A DNA stretch of 64,000 nt from Alphaproteobacteria bacterium. GTDB lineage: Bacteria > Pseudomonadota > Alphaproteobacteria > SP197. Location: positions 864,001 through 928,000 of the forward strand of contig OZ219747.1 in assembly GCA_964291265.2 (NCBI GenBank), in the 5' to 3' direction. The notes beneath the pieces are model-generated. The model worked only from the letters and a program-made list of their open reading frames with translations, ran no database searches and was not told the origin of the DNA. Shown here in pieces: positions 9,644-20,959 of this stretch. Every line of letters begins with the position of its first letter. The first letter of the stretch is position 1. Both the position numbers and the translations under genes were made by a program.

Positions 9644-10750
9644 TCAGGCCCGTTTCTCGATTTCCCGGACGAGAGCCCTCGCCATGGCGGTGGTCGTCAC
9701 CTGGCGGGCCCCGTCTTCCATGATATCGGCCGTTCTGAGGCCACTCTCCAGGACGGCTCCGATGGATGCCTCCACGAGGGCCGCTTCATCCTGCAAATCG
9801 AAACTGTAGCGCAACATCATGGCGAAACTCGAGAGCATGGCGAGCGGATTGGCCCGATGGGTGCCGGCAATGTCGGGGGCCGACCCGTGTACCGGCTCGT
9901 AGAGAGCCGGGATCCTGTCTCCGGAGCGGGCGCCCAGGGAGGCCGAAGGCAGCATGCCAAGCGAGCCTGTCAGCATGGCGGCGCAGTCCGACAGGATGTC
10001 GCCGAACATGTTGGTCGTGACCATGACGTCGAACTGGCGGGGGTCGCGGACAAGCTGCATGGCCGCATTGTCGGCCAGCATGTGGGTGAGTTCCACATCC
10101 GGATACTCCTCGGCCCCGAGGCTGGTCATCTCCTGGCGCCACAGCAGTGTCGACTCCAGGACATTGGACTTGTCGACGGAGCACACCCGGCCGTCGCGCT
10201 TGCGGGCGAGTTCGAAGGCCACGCGCCCGACGCGCAGGATCTCGTGAGTCGTGTAGACGAGGGTGTTGACGCCCCGGCGTTCGCCGCCGCCGGCATCCTC
10301 GATGCCGCGCGGCTCGCCGAAGTAGATGCCGCCGGTCAGTTCGCGCACGATCATGATGTCGAGGCCCGAGACGATGTCGGGCTTGAGCGACGAGGCGTGC
10401 GAGAGGGCAGGATAGACCACGGCAGGGCGCAGGTTGGCGAAGAGTCCCATCTCCTTGCGCAGGCCGAGGAGGGCCCGCTCGGGCCGCATGGCAAAGTCGA
10501 GGTCGTCCCAGCGCGGACCGCCGACGGCGCCGAAGAGAACGGCGTCAACCGATTGTGCCCGTTCAAGGGTGTCGTCGGTCAGCGGGGTGCCGTGGGCGTC
10601 AATGCTGGCGCCACCGACGAGGGCTTCCCCGATGTCGACGTTGAGACGGTTCTCCCTGTCGAACCAGTCGATCACGCGCCTCGTGGCATCCATGACCTCC
10701 GGTCCGATCCCGTCGCCGGGCAGAAGCAGCAATGACCGGTTTGCGGTCAT
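9644..10750 (-). CDS. leuB: 3-isopropylmalate dehydrogenase
   Basis: [41 protein letters not shown]. Confidence 0.97.
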   Translation of the reverse strand: MTANRSLLLLPGDGIGPEVMDATRRVIDWFDRENRLNVDIGEALVGGASIDAHGTPLTDDTLERAQSVDAVLFGAVGGPRWDDLDFAMRPERALLGLRKEMGLFANLRPAVVYPALSHASSLKPDIVSGLDIMIVRELTGGIYFGEPRGIEDAGGGERRGVNTLVYTTHEILRVGRVAFELARKRDGRVCSVDKSNVLESTLLWRQEMTSLGAEEYPDVELTHMLADNAAMQLVRDPRQFDVMVTTNMFGDILSDCAAMLTGSLGMLPSASLGARSGDRIPALYEPVHGSAPDIAGTHRANPLAMLSSFAMMLRYSFDLQDEAALVEASIGAVLESGLRTADIMEDGARQVTTTAMARALVREIEKRA

Positions 10751-10766
10751 CGTCCCCGCCTCCCGC

Positions 10767-11372
10767 CTAGAGCCATGGCTGCAGAGCGGCGCGGCGCTCC
10801 TCGAAGGCGGTGATCTCGACCTCCCTGGAAAGGCTGATGCCGATCGGATCGAGGCCGTTCAGGAGCCGGTGCCTGATCGACTCGTCGATGGAGAAGGCGA
10901 TCCGGCTGCCGTCGGGACGTGTCACCGTCTGGCTCTCGAGATCGACAGTCAGCCTCGCGTTGTGCCCGGCCCGGGCATCGTCCATCAGCCGCCGCATGTC
11001 CCCGTGCGGCATGGTGATGGCAAGGATGCCGTTGTTGACGCAGTTGCCGAAGAAGATCTCGGCGAAACTCGGGGCGATGACGCAGCGGATACCGAAGTCG
11101 AGGAGGGCCCAGGGCGCATGCTCGCGGCTCGATCCGCAGCCGAAATTGTCCTCCGTCACGAGAATGGATGCCTTGCGCCACGGTTCGCGGTTGAGGATGA
11201 ACTCCGGGCGTTCGCGGCCCTGCGCATCGTGGCGCATCTCGTCGAAGAGATGGCGGCCGAGTCCGGTCCTGCGGATGGTCTTGAGGTACTGCTTCGGGAT
11301 GATCTTGTCGGTGTCGACATTGATCATGGGCAACGGCGCGGCGATCCCGGTCAGCGTGGTGAACCGTTCCAT
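10767..11372 (-). CDS. leuD: 3-isopropylmalate dehydratase small subunit
   Basis: [38 protein letters not shown]. Confidence 0.97.
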   Translation of the reverse strand: MERFTTLTGIAAPLPMINVDTDKIIPKQYLKTIRRTGLGRHLFDEMRHDAQGRERPEFILNREPWRKASILVTEDNFGCGSSREHAPWALLDFGIRCVIAPSFAEIFFGNCVNNGILAITMPHGDMRRLMDDARAGHNARLTVDLESQTVTRPDGSRIAFSIDESIRHRLLNGLDPIGISLSREVEITAFEERRAALQPWL

Positions 11373-11376
11373 GGTC

Positions 11377-12786
11377 CTAGCCCCCGAACCTGCGGACATC
11401 GGTGAGCGTGCCGCGGACCGCGGCGGCGGCGGCCATGGCCGGACTGACCAGGTGGGTGCGTCCGCCGCGTCCCTGGCGACCCTCGAAATTGCGGTTGGAG
11501 GTGGAGGCGCAGCGTTCGCCGTCAAGCAGTCGGTCGGCGTTCATCGCCAGGCACATCGAACACCCGGCCTCGCGCCAGTCGAATCCTGCCTCCGTGAGGA
11601 GGCGGTCGATCCCCTCGTCTTCTGCCTGCCGCTTCACCAGTCCGGATCCCGGCACCACCATGGCATGCACGCCGTCAGCCACCCTGTGACCCTCCACGAC
11701 ATCGGCCACGGCGCGCAGGTCCTCGATGCGGCCATTGGTGCAGGAACCGATGAAGACCCGGTCGATCGGGATGTCCTGCAGCCGGGTTCCGGGCTCGAGA
11801 CCCATGTAGTCGAGGGAGCGCTCCATCGCCGCGCGCCGCTCGTCGTCCGTGACCTCTGCGGGATCGGGGACGACACCGGAGATCGGCAGGACATCCTCGG
11901 GGCTGGTTCCCCAGGTGACCTGCGGTTCGATGTCATCGGCCTGGATCACCACCTCCCGGTCGTAGGTGGCGCCCGGGTCCGACACCAGGGCCGCCCACCA
12001 GGCCACGGCCCGGTTCCAGTCGTCGCCCGCTGGCGAGAAGGGCTTTCCCTCGAGCCAGGCCATGGTCTTGTCGTCCGGCGCGATCAGGCCGGCGCGGGCC
12101 CCGGCCTCGATCGACATGTTGCACACCGTCATGCGTCCGGCCATCGAAAGGCCGCGGATCGCCGCACCGGCATACTCGATGACATGTCCGGTGCCACCGG
12201 CCGTGCCCACGGCACCGATGATTCCAAGGATGAGATCCTTGGCCGTGACTCCGGGGCCCGGCTCGCCCTCCACGGTGATGCGCATGTTGCGCGAACGCTT
12301 CTGGACCAGCGTCTGCGTGGCCAGGACATGCTCCACTTCCGAGGTGCCGATGCCGAACGCGAGAGCGCCGAAGGCGCCGTGGGTGGCGGTATGGCTGTCA
12401 CCACAGACGATCGTCATCCCGGGCTGGGTGAATCCCTGTTCGGGCCCGACGATGTGAACGATCCCCTGTCGCGGATCGTCCATCCCGAAGAGAACAATGC
12501 CGAAGCGCTCGCAGTTCTCCGCCAGGGTGTCGACCTGGATCCGGCTTTCCTCGTCGTCGATCCCCTGACTGCGGTCCGTTGTCGGCACGTTGTGGTCGGC
12601 AACGGCCAGCGTTGCCGCCGGCCGCCGGACCTGCCGGCCGTTCCGGCGCAATCCTTCAAAGGCCTGGGGGCTTGTCACCTCGTGGACGAGATGGCGGTCG
12701 ACATAGATGAGAGTCGTGCCGTCTCCCATGTCGGCGACAACATGGCTGTCCCAGATCTTGTCGTAGAGTGTCTTGGGTGCGTTCAT
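11377..12786 (-). CDS. leuC: 3-isopropylmalate dehydratase large subunit
   Basis: [55 protein letters not shown]. Confidence 0.97.
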   Translation of the reverse strand: MNAPKTLYDKIWDSHVVADMGDGTTLIYVDRHLVHEVTSPQAFEGLRRNGRQVRRPAATLAVADHNVPTTDRSQGIDDEESRIQVDTLAENCERFGIVLFGMDDPRQGIVHIVGPEQGFTQPGMTIVCGDSHTATHGAFGALAFGIGTSEVEHVLATQTLVQKRSRNMRITVEGEPGPGVTAKDLILGIIGAVGTAGGTGHVIEYAGAAIRGLSMAGRMTVCNMSIEAGARAGLIAPDDKTMAWLEGKPFSPAGDDWNRAVAWWAALVSDPGATYDREVVIQADDIEPQVTWGTSPEDVLPISGVVPDPAEVTDDERRAAMERSLDYMGLEPGTRLQDIPIDRVFIGSCTNGRIEDLRAVADVVEGHRVADGVHAMVVPGSGLVKRQAEDEGIDRLLTEAGFDWREAGCSMCLAMNADRLLDGERCASTSNRNFEGRQGRGGRTHLVSPAMAAAAAVRGTLTDVRRFGG

Positions 12787-12818
12787 GGTCGAAAGATGCC
12801 GTCTTCCGGCGCCAGGGG

Positions 12819-13205
12819 TCAGGACTTTCTGGCTGCCTTCGCCCTGTCGTCTCGCTTTTCGGGGATGCGCGCCGCCTTGCCGGTGCGTCCGCGCAGGTAG
12901 TAGAGCTTTGCCCGCCGCACGGCGCCGCGTCGCACGACGGTGATCGATGCGATGCGCTGAGAATAGAGCGGAAACACCTGCTCGACGCCCTCGCCGTAGG
13001 AGATCTTGCGAACCGTGAAGGAGGAGTTCAGACCGCGGTTCTTGCGCGCGATACACACACCTTCGTAGTTCTGGATGCGTTCGCGCGTCCCCTCGACCAC
13101 GCGCAGGGCGACCCGCACGGTATCCCCGGGCGCGAATTCGGGAATTTCCCTCGTCTCCAGAAGTTTCGCGATCTGCTCCTGTTCCATCGTCTCCAGAACG
13201 TTCAT
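12819..13205 (-). CDS. rplS: 50S ribosomal protein L19
   Basis: [32 protein letters not shown]. Confidence 0.98.
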   Translation of the reverse strand: MNVLETMEQEQIAKLLETREIPEFAPGDTVRVALRVVEGTRERIQNYEGVCIARKNRGLNSSFTVRKISYGEGVEQVFPLYSQRIASITVVRRGAVRRAKLYYLRGRTGKAARIPEKRDDRAKAARKS

Positions 13206-13951
13206 CCCTCTCGTCCTCCACTGGCCGGCGTCAGCCCTTGCTCTCTCGATGCCTGGTATCGGGACCAGAGGTCAGGCCTGCGCTCCCGGGTTGTCTGTTC
13301 AGCCTTGTCATGCCGCCACTGGCGCACCTTCTCGTGGTGCCCCGACAGCAGGACTTCCGGTACCGTGCGGCCTTCCCAGGTGCCGGGCCGCGTGTAGTGC
13401 GGATACTCCAGCAGGCCGGTCTCGAAACTCTCGTCAAGAAGCCCTTCGGGTGCGTGAACCACTCCCTCGAGGAGTCGCACGCAGGCGTCCACCAGCACGA
13501 TGGCTGCCGGCTCGCCGCCCGACAGGACATAGTCACCGATCGAAATCTCCTCGAGGCCGCGTGCCTGAACCACGCGCTCGTCCACCCCTTCGAAACGTCC
13601 GCAGACGACGACCAGGTGCCGCCGCCCGCAGAGCCGGCGCACGCGCCGCTGGGTCAGCGGCGTGCCGCGGGGCGTGAGAAGGATCCGTGTTTCGTCTTCA
13701 CCTCCAGTGGTCGTTGAGTCGATGGCGCGCGCCAGGACATCGGGGCGCATGACCATGCCGCTGCCGCCGCCGAAGGGCGCATCGTCGACGGAGCGGTTCT
13801 TACTACACGCATATTGGCGAATGTCTACTGTTTCAAGTGCCCACAGGCCCGAATTCAGCGCATGGCCCGGCAGGGACGCTCCCAGAGGACCGGGAAACAT
13901 CTCCGGAAACAGGGTGAGGATGGTGGCGGTCCATGGTGCGGCCACGGTCAC
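13202..13951 (-). CDS. trmD: tRNA (guanine37-N1)-methyltransferase
   Basis: [44 protein letters not shown]. Confidence 0.97.
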   Translation of the reverse strand: MTVAAPWTATILTLFPEMFPGPLGASLPGHALNSGLWALETVDIRQYACSKNRSVDDAPFGGGSGMVMRPDVLARAIDSTTTGGEDETRILLTPRGTPLTQRRVRRLCGRRHLVVVCGRFEGVDERVVQARGLEEISIGDYVLSGGEPAAIVLVDACVRLLEGVVHAPEGLLDESFETGLLEYPHYTRPGTWEGRTVPEVLLSGHHEKVRQWRHDKAEQTTRERRPDLWSRYQASREQGLTPASGGREG

Positions 13952-14496
13952 CCCTCCCGTCTCGCGAGAATGCCGTCGGGCGGGTCGACGATGACTCGGC
14001 CGTGCTCGAGATCGACTACCGGAACATTGCTCTCGGTGAAGGGCACCAGGAAGTCGTTCCCGGGCGCCTCCCCACTGATTTCCATGGTGTCGCCGGCTCC
14101 CCAGTCATACATGGCGCGCACCTGGCCAAGTGGTGAGCCGTCGACATGGAAGGCGGCAAGGCCAATCAGGTCGTGGTGATAGAATTCGTTGGCGGAAACC
14201 TCCGGCATGCGCGAACGCGGAACGCAGAGACGGGTGCCTGAAAGGGCGGCAGCGGCCTGCCGGTCCGTGACTCCGTTGACGGCCACCACGAGGTGCCCAT
14301 GCCGGGGGTGCTCGAGGACGGTGAGATCAAGGGTGCGGCCACCGGGTTCCGCGTGCATCGGGTTGTAGCTGGCGATGGCAGCCGGGTCCTCGGCAAAGCA
14401 CGAAAGACGGACGGCGCCCCGAATCCCTTTCGGCGCGCCCATGACGGCCAGACAGACCCAGTCCGGGTGGATGTCAGGAGTCGTCCCCTTCCGCAT
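13948..14496 (-). CDS. rimM: Ribosome maturation factor RimM
   Basis: [25 protein letters not shown]; lies between rpsP and trmD. Confidence 0.95.
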   Translation of the reverse strand: MRKGTTPDIHPDWVCLAVMGAPKGIRGAVRLSCFAEDPAAIASYNPMHAEPGGRTLDLTVLEHPRHGHLVVAVNGVTDRQAAAALSGTRLCVPRSRMPEVSANEFYHHDLIGLAAFHVDGSPLGQVRAMYDWGAGDTMEISGEAPGNDFLVPFTESNVPVVDLEHGRVIVDPPDGILARREG

Positions 14497-14785
14497 CGTC
14501 CGTCACCTCGCTGCCGCCGCGGCGCTCCGGCATGGGAATGACATCGGCCTTGCCGAGAAAGACCGCGACCCGGTCCGTGGGCTTGGCGCCCTGTCCGAGC
14601 CAGTAGCGAATCCGGTCCTGATCCATGATGACGCGCTCGGGGTCATCGGCAGGCAGCAGCGGCCGATAGACGCCGACACGCTCGATGAAACGGCCATCGC
14701 GCGGTGAACGCGAATCGGCAACGACGATTCTGTACATGGGGCGCTTCTTGGCGCCGCCACGTGACAGGCGAATCTTCAGGGCCAT
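14474..14785 (-). CDS. rpsP: 30S ribosomal protein S16
   Basis: [43 protein letters not shown]. Confidence 0.98.
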   Translation of the reverse strand: MALKIRLSRGGAKKRPMYRIVVADSRSPRDGRFIERVGVYRPLLPADDPERVIMDQDRIRYWLGQGAKPTDRVAVFLGKADVIPMPERRGGSEVTDDAEGDDS

Positions 14786-15002
14786 GAACCAGAACCTCCG
14801 GGAGGCTGCATCGCGAACGAGGGACCGCAGGAGACGCCGCTGCCGGATCACCGACCGCCGTCATCAAGAGAGAAGGCGCTGAGGCGTCGGCGCCACTACG
14901 TAATGGCGACAGGCACGGTTGGCAAGTCCAGATTGATCTTTACGACTGCGGGAGGTCTGCCAGAATGGTGCAACGGGCCAATCAAGCAGGACACGGAACA
15001 TC

Positions 15003-15959
15003 ATGCCGGGTGAAGGATCGTTCAAGCCTTTCGATTCGGGGACTGTCCCGCGCTACCAGGAACCCGCGAGTTTCATGCGCGCCCGGCGTCACCCGGTCTC
15101 CCGTCGCATCGACATCGCCCTTGCGGGCGTGCCGTTCGACACCGGCCTCACCTTCCGTTCAGGCGCCCGCCACGGTCCGGCAGCGGTGCGCGAGGCGAGC
15201 CGGCTCATCCGGGCGGTCAATCCGGCGACCAGGGTGGCGCCCTTCGATCTCTGCAACATCGCCGATATCGGGGATGCGCCGACCCATCCCCTCAAGGTCG
15301 AGGAAAGCTGCGACATGATCCAGGCCTTCTTCGCCGGGATCCATGACGCCGGCGCCTGGCCCCTTTCCATCGGCGGCGATCACACGGTGCCGCTTCCCAT
15401 CCTGCGCGCCATTGCCCGTGACGAGCCGCTCGGCCTCTTCCACGTCGATGCCCATGCCGACACCTTCGACAGCTTCATGGGGACGAAGATCAATCACGCC
15501 ACCTTTGTCCGCCGCGCCGTCGAGGAAGGGTTGGTCGACCCGGCGCGGACTGTCCAGGTGGGCCTGCGGGGCACCCGTTATGGCGATGACGACATCGACT
15601 ACGGCAACGAGGTCGGCATGACCATGGTGCCGATGGACGAGTACGAGGCGATGGGGCGGGAGAGTTTCATCGACCTCGCCCGCAGCGTTCTTGGCGACGG
15701 ACCCTGCTACATGACCATCGATATCGATGGCCTTGATCCTCGGGACTGCCCGGGAACCGGGGTTCCGGAACCGGGCGGCATCTCCATGCGGGACATGCAG
15801 GTCATCCTGCGCAGCTTCACCGGGCTCAATGCCGTTGGCGGTGATGTCTGCGAGGTGTCCCCGCCTCACGACCCGATCGGCATGACCTTCGTCAATGTCG
15901 CCAACCTCATGTTCGAAATGGCATGCGTGATGGCCCGCAACAGGAAGAGGAGCCCATGA
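15003..15959 (+). CDS. speB: Agmatinase / ureohydrolase family protein
   Basis: GVPFD, GARHGP, GGDHT, DAHAD, DIDGLDP, PGTGVPEPGG. Exact substrate is uncertain. Confidence 0.85.
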   Translation: MPGEGSFKPFDSGTVPRYQEPASFMRARRHPVSRRIDIALAGVPFDTGLTFRSGARHGPAAVREASRLIRAVNPATRVAPFDLCNIADIGDAPTHPLKVEESCDMIQAFFAGIHDAGAWPLSIGGDHTVPLPILRAIARDEPLGLFHVDAHADTFDSFMGTKINHATFVRRAVEEGLVDPARTVQVGLRGTRYGDDDIDYGNEVGMTMVPMDEYEAMGRESFIDLARSVLGDGPCYMTIDIDGLDPRDCPGTGVPEPGGISMRDMQVILRSFTGLNAVGGDVCEVSPPHDPIGMTFVNVANLMFEMACVMARNRKRSP

Positions 15960-16693
15960 TGCAGGCATGGAATGTCGAAGGCCGCAGGATCGTCAACTGG
16001 AAGACCTGCGACTGGCAACCCTATCCCGGGCTTGACGGAGTCGAACCCGGTCTGTCCTGGTGCCCCATCCGCGCCAGGCCCGGAAGCGGCGACGGCTATT
16101 ATCTCCTGAAGGCCGAACCAGGCTGCGGCGCCGCGTTGCATCTCCACAGTGCCCGGGAAGAGTTCATCATGCTCGAGGGTGAACTCGTCGACGGCGATGG
16201 CACCGTGCTGCGGGAAGGCGACTGCGTGAGCTATGCGCCGGGAACCCGCCATCGCACCCGCTCGCCCGGGGGCTGCACCCTTCTTGCCGGCATCAAGGGC
16301 CCGATCTCCACGATCGAGGGAGATGATGAGCTGGAGACCATGCGCGAGGGCCGCACGATCGTGAACTGGCGCGACGGCGGCTTCGTGCCCTATCCCGCGT
16401 TGCCTGATGATTCCGATGCGATTCGGTGGCTGCCGGTGCGGGCGAAGGCCGAGACCGGGGAGGGGTTCTATCTTGTCAGGTTCGAACCCGGCGGCTGCTC
16501 GGCGCCGCACGAGCATACCGATTTCGAGGAATTTGCCATGCTCCAGGGAACCCTGACCGACTGCGACGGAACGACCTATGTCGAGGGCGACTGCATCAGC
16601 CTGCCTGCCGGAAGTTCGCACTCTTCCCGTTCGACCGATGGCTGCACCGTCGTGGACATGATCTCCGGCCCGTTGCGCCTACTCGAACAATAA
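15956..16693 (+). CDS. Tandem ChrR-like (cupin_7) bicupin protein
   Basis: Two homologous halves: HLHSAREEFIMLEGELVD...GTRH and HEHTDFEEFAMLQGTLTD...GSSH. ATGA overlap with speB. Confidence 0.85.
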   Translation: MMQAWNVEGRRIVNWKTCDWQPYPGLDGVEPGLSWCPIRARPGSGDGYYLLKAEPGCGAALHLHSAREEFIMLEGELVDGDGTVLREGDCVSYAPGTRHRTRSPGGCTLLAGIKGPISTIEGDDELETMREGRTIVNWRDGGFVPYPALPDDSDAIRWLPVRAKAETGEGFYLVRFEPGGCSAPHEHTDFEEFAMLQGTLTDCDGTTYVEGDCISLPAGSSHSSRSTDGCTVVDMISGPLRLLEQ

Positions 16694-16731
16694 CCGGCTC
16701 CCGTTGTCATGGACCCGGTGACGAGGGCCTG

Positions 16732-17238
16732 ATGCCCCTGTTCCTGAAGCGCTACGTCCTCCTTGTCGAGGCGACAAGTCGTCGGGTCGGCGAGGCGGCG
16801 ATGTATCTTATCTTCGTCCTCATGGCCATTCTCCTCTATTCCGTGTTCTCCAAGGCCTTTCTCCTGCCGGCGCTGTGGACGCTCGAGATGGCGCAGTTCA
16901 CCATGGTCGCCTACTACATCCTCGGCGGACCCTACTCCATGCAGCGGGGCGAACACGTTCGCATGGACCTCCTCTATGCGACCTGGTCGCCGCGCGCGAG
17001 GGCGACGATCGATGTCGTCACCGTGCTGTTCCTGCTGTTCTACCTTGGCGTTCTCCTCTACGGCGGCATCAACAGCACGACCTACGCTCTCGTCGTGGGC
17101 GAGCGCAGCTACTCGGCCTGGGCGCCCTACATGGCTCCCATCAAGATCCTCATGTGCCTGGGTGTCGTGCTGATGATCCTGCAGGCCACGGCGGTCATGC
17201 TGCGCGACGTTGCCAGCGCCCGCGGAATCGAGTTCTGA
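16732..17238 (+). CDS. TRAP transporter small permease (DctQ)
   Basis: 4 TM segments, HVRMDLLY motif. Confidence 0.92.
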   Translation: MPLFLKRYVLLVEATSRRVGEAAMYLIFVLMAILLYSVFSKAFLLPALWTLEMAQFTMVAYYILGGPYSMQRGEHVRMDLLYATWSPRARATIDVVTVLFLLFYLGVLLYGGINSTTYALVVGERSYSAWAPYMAPIKILMCLGVVLMILQATAVMLRDVASARGIEF

Positions 17239-18560
17239 TGGACTACGAACTCATCGCCGTCCTCATGTTCTCGAGCATGATGGTCATGCTGATGACGGGT
17301 CAGCGCGTCTTCGGCGCGATCGGGTTCGTGGCGGTCGCCGCGGCACTGGCGCTCTATGGCACGGGCGGCGGAGAGTTCGGCTTCTCCGCGGCGATGAAGC
17401 TGATGAAGTGGTATCCCCTCATCACGCTGCCACTCTTCATCTACATGGGGTTCATCCTCTCCGAGTCACGCCTTGCGGACGATCTCTATTCCATGTTCCA
17501 CGTGTGGATGGGACCGGTCAGGGGCGGTCTGGCCATCGGCACCATCCTCCTCATGGTGGTGATCTCGGCGATGAACGGACTGTCGGTGGCCGGCATGGCG
17601 ATCGGCGCCACCATTGCGTTGCCGGAGCTGCTGCGACGGTCCTATGACAAGATCATGGTGACCGGGGTCATCCAGGCGGGCTCGTCCCTGGGCATCCTGG
17701 TGCCGCCCAGTGTCGTCCTCGTGCTCTACGGCATGATCGCCCGGCAGCCGGTCGGCCAGCTGTGGCTGGCAGGCGCCGTGCCGGGGCTGATGATGGCGGC
17801 GCTCTTCATCATCTACATCGCCGTGCGCTGCCAGGCGCAGCCCCACCTCGGACCGCCCCTCGCCGCGAAGGACCGTCGGGTCAGGCTGACCGAGAAACTG
17901 CGCCTGCTGAGGGCCGGCATCCTGCCCTTCTTCATCTTCTTTTCGATGACGGGCCTCTTCCTCGCCGGCATCACCTCGCTGGTCGAGAGCTCGGCGGTCG
18001 GCGCCGTCACCACCACCATCGCCGCGTTGATTCGTGGCCGTCTGACACGCGAGGTCCTGCAGACGAGCCTGAAGAAGACCCTGGGCGTGTCCTGCATGTT
18101 CATGTGGATCATCATGGCGGCCCTGTGCTTCGGCGCCGTCTTCGATGGCCTCGGAGCGGTGCGGGCCATTGAGGGATTCTTCCTTGACCAGCTGGGACTG
18201 GGACCCTGGGAAGTCCTCATCCTCATGCAGCTGTCCTTCATCCTGATGGGGACCTTTCTCGACGACACCGCGATGCTGGTCATCGTCGCCCCGCTCTATG
18301 TGCCGCTGGTGCGGGCCCTGGGCTTCGATCTCATCTGGTACGGCGTGCTCTACACGATCACCTGCCAGATCGCCTACATGACGCCGCCCTTCGGCTACAA
18401 CCTGTTCCTCATGCGCGCCATGGCGCCGCCGGAGATCCGCCTCATCGACATCTATCGCTCGATCACCCCGTTCGTTCTCGTGATGATCCTGGCCCTGGCC
18501 CTCGTCATGGCCTTCCCGCAGGTCGCTCTCTGGCTGCCTGGCCAGGTCTACGGCAACTGA
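17238..18560 (+). CDS. TRAP transporter large permease (DctM)
   Basis: LPLFIYMG, LGILVPPSV, TPPFGYNLF; about 12 TM segments. Confidence 0.94.
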   Translation: MDYELIAVLMFSSMMVMLMTGQRVFGAIGFVAVAAALALYGTGGGEFGFSAAMKLMKWYPLITLPLFIYMGFILSESRLADDLYSMFHVWMGPVRGGLAIGTILLMVVISAMNGLSVAGMAIGATIALPELLRRSYDKIMVTGVIQAGSSLGILVPPSVVLVLYGMIARQPVGQLWLAGAVPGLMMAALFIIYIAVRCQAQPHLGPPLAAKDRRVRLTEKLRLLRAGILPFFIFFSMTGLFLAGITSLVESSAVGAVTTTIAALIRGRLTREVLQTSLKKTLGVSCMFMWIIMAALCFGAVFDGLGAVRAIEGFFLDQLGLGPWEVLILMQLSFILMGTFLDDTAMLVIVAPLYVPLVRALGFDLIWYGVLYTITCQIAYMTPPFGYNLFLMRAMAPPEIRLIDIYRSITPFVLVMILALALVMAFPQVALWLPGQVYGN

Positions 18561-18579
18561 CGGGCGCCGGGGCCAGCGC

Positions 18580-18784
18580 AACCGTCATGCCGGCGCCGAA
18601 GTCGACCTCGTGCTCGAACACGGCGACAGCGCCCCCGGGCCGAGGAGATCAGTCGCTCACTCTGCGCCCGGGTCGGCCGCGGTTTCCCTGTCGTCTGCCG
18701 GGAACTGAAGCAGGAGACGACCGCTATCCGGTGTCGCGAAGCATCGAGGCCATCAGTGTCCACCGCATGGCCACGCTCTTCTGA
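18580..18784 (+). pseudogene. C-terminal relic of a DUF4143 AAA ATPase
   Basis: Broken frames read HAGAEVDLVLEHGD...ARVGRGF...AGDDRYPVSRSIEAISVHRMA*. Confidence 0.55.
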
Positions 18785-18896
18785 ATGCCGCACGCCTCAT
18801 GCCAACTCCAGCGGTTGTTGATGCGCCGCCGCAGAGAATCGGGTACATCATTCCCCTTGAAAACCACGAACCCACCACAGACGGGGGATCTACATC

Positions 18897-19949
18897 ATGA
18901 CCAGATCGAGACGTTCCTTCCTCAAGACCGGCGCCACGGCGACGGTCGGCGCCGGCGCCGTTGCCCTTGCCGCACCCGCCGTGCATGGCCAGTCGATGAT
19001 TCGCTGGCGGCTCCAGACCTATGCGGGTCCGGCCCTGGCCGAACACGTGATCAAGCCTGCGGTCGACGCCTTCAACGAGGCCGCCAACGGCGAGATGGAG
19101 ATTGAGCTGTTCTTTGCAGACCAGCTTGTGCCTACGGGAGAACTCTTCCGCGCCATGCAGAACGGGACGATCGATGCGGTGCAGTCCGATGACGATTCCA
19201 TCGCCGCGCCCACCGACGTGTCGGTCTTCGGTGGCTATTTCCCGCTGGCGCTGCGTTACAGCCTCGATGTTCCGGTGCTGTTCAGTCAGTACGGTCTGGG
19301 CGAGATCTGGGATGAGGCCTATTCTGAGGTGGGCGGCGTCAAGTGGCTGTCCGCCGGGGCCTGGGATCCCTGCCATTTCGCTACCAAGGATCCGATCCAC
19401 TCCCTCGCGGACCTCGAGGGCAAGCGGGTCTTCACCTTCCCGACTGCCGGCCGCTTCCTGCAGAAGTTCGGTGTCGTTCCGGTCACCCTTCCCTGGGAGG
19501 ACATCGAGGTCGCGGTGCAGACCGGCGAACTTGACGGGGTCGCCTGGTCCGGCATCACCGAGGATTACACGGTGGGCTGGGCGGATGTGACCAACTACTT
19601 CCTCACCAACAACATTTCCGGGGCCTGGATCGGCCACTTCTTCGCCAACGAGGACCGCTGGAACGAGTTGCCGGACCATCTGAAGGCCATCTGGCGCCTT
19701 GCCATGGATTCGTCTCACTATTATCGCCAGTACTGGTACTGGGGCGGCGAGGCGCACCTCAGGACACAGGGCACCAAGATGTCACTGACCACCATTGCCG
19801 ATGACGAGTGGGCCCAGGTCGAGGCCGAGGCCGTCAAGTTCTGGGACGAGATTGCCGCGACCAGCGAGCGTGCTGCCCGCGTCGTCGGCATCTTCCGTCA
19901 GTACAACGAGGTCATGGCCCAGGCGGGCAAGCCGTACCGCTACAGCTGA
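18897..19949 (+). CDS. TRAP transporter substrate-binding protein (DctP/TakP-like) with Tat signal
   Basis: SRRSFLK twin-arginine leader, IRWRLQTYAG, AVQTGELDG. Confidence 0.94.
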   Translation: MTRSRRSFLKTGATATVGAGAVALAAPAVHGQSMIRWRLQTYAGPALAEHVIKPAVDAFNEAANGEMEIELFFADQLVPTGELFRAMQNGTIDAVQSDDDSIAAPTDVSVFGGYFPLALRYSLDVPVLFSQYGLGEIWDEAYSEVGGVKWLSAGAWDPCHFATKDPIHSLADLEGKRVFTFPTAGRFLQKFGVVPVTLPWEDIEVAVQTGELDGVAWSGITEDYTVGWADVTNYFLTNNISGAWIGHFFANEDRWNELPDHLKAIWRLAMDSSHYYRQYWYWGGEAHLRTQGTKMSLTTIADDEWAQVEAEAVKFWDEIAATSERAARVVGIFRQYNEVMAQAGKPYRYS

Positions 19950-19963
19950 TCTGCGAACGGCAG

Positions 19964-20004
19964 GGCGCACACCCCTTGCGCTACAGGCTCAAGGGGTGTG
20001 CGCC
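19964..20004 (+). terminator. Perfect 15-bp inverted repeat (terminator or REP-like hairpin)
   Basis: ggcgcacaccccttg-N11-caaggggtgtgcgcc, 15 nt after the dctP stop; no U-tract. Confidence 0.55.
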
Positions 20005-20463
20005 GTCACGGGACAGTCGAGCGCCTCTCCTCCCTTCCCTCGAGATCAGGCGCAGGACGCGGCCCTCTTGAGTGGTTCCGCTTCATCTCGGTAATCCAGT
20101 GAGCGAGACGCAGCGGTGCGGGATCACGGTGTTCTCCGACCATGCAGGCGCCCGGACCGTGGGTGTGATCCGCCGTGATCGACCTCGTCTTGCGTATCCG
20201 GATTCTCGACCACGGGCTCGCTTGTCCGCTCTTCATCACCGAGTTGCTGCGCACGCTTAGCGCGTGTTCCGGCGCCGACGCGGTCGTTGCCGCTGTCGCC
20301 CTGTCCGGTCCTGTGGGTGCCGAAGGTCGGCGTACCGAGGTGAGGGGACCTCGGGCACCCGTTCCGGGACCGGTCCTGCGTTGGCGTCTCACTCGGACTG
20401 CCACTCCTTCCCCACCTGCGGGAACGCAGCCCGCACGAAGGGTCGGGGAGCGGCCACGAGGAA

Positions 20464-20769
20464 TCAGGCCCGGCCGGTTGCCTTGCCGTCATCGAAGAGT
20501 TTCGATCCCCGCTCGTCGATGATCTGCTTTCCCTTGCGAACCGTATGGGTTACGGCATCCTCATGCGTCGTGAACGTGTCGGCGCGGGTGAAGGTGCGTT
20601 TCGAGGCACCATCCTCGCGCTGCCTGACGATGGCGCCGGCGATGCGCCATTGCTGTCCTTCGCGTTCGGGCGCCGGGTGAATCTCAAGGGCCTTGTAGGC
20701 CACGGTCTCGACGCTTCCGCCGGGCTGTCCGGCGAGGCGCTCGAGAAAGCGCGATACGAACGACGCCAT
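20464..20769 (-). CDS. HlyU-family (alphaproteobacterial PF10115-type) small protein
   Basis: YKALEIHPAPEREGQQWRIAGAI...FTRADTF...RKGKQIIDERG..LF. Confidence 0.8.
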   Translation of the reverse strand: MASFVSRFLERLAGQPGGSVETVAYKALEIHPAPEREGQQWRIAGAIVRQREDGASKRTFTRADTFTTHEDAVTHTVRKGKQIIDERGSKLFDDGKATGRA

Positions 20770-20959
20770 GATCGGCATCCCTGTTGTCCCGAGGTCCAGC
20801 GAACCACCTGACCGAGGTGAAGTCCACAATCTTCAGCCGGGGTCCCGACGGCATGCCGTTCGAACGGGGACCGACATCGGCGGGCTCCCCGTCGGTCCCG
20901 GGACCATCAGACGGGGCGTCGATCGACGCACCGGCCGGCGCGATCGAAGCCTGACAAGA

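Noticed and set aside
8591-12900. Long plus-strand ORFs of 714 aa and 696 aa
   Set aside because: Antisense shadows of asd/leuB and leuD/leuC, expected in high-GC DNA.
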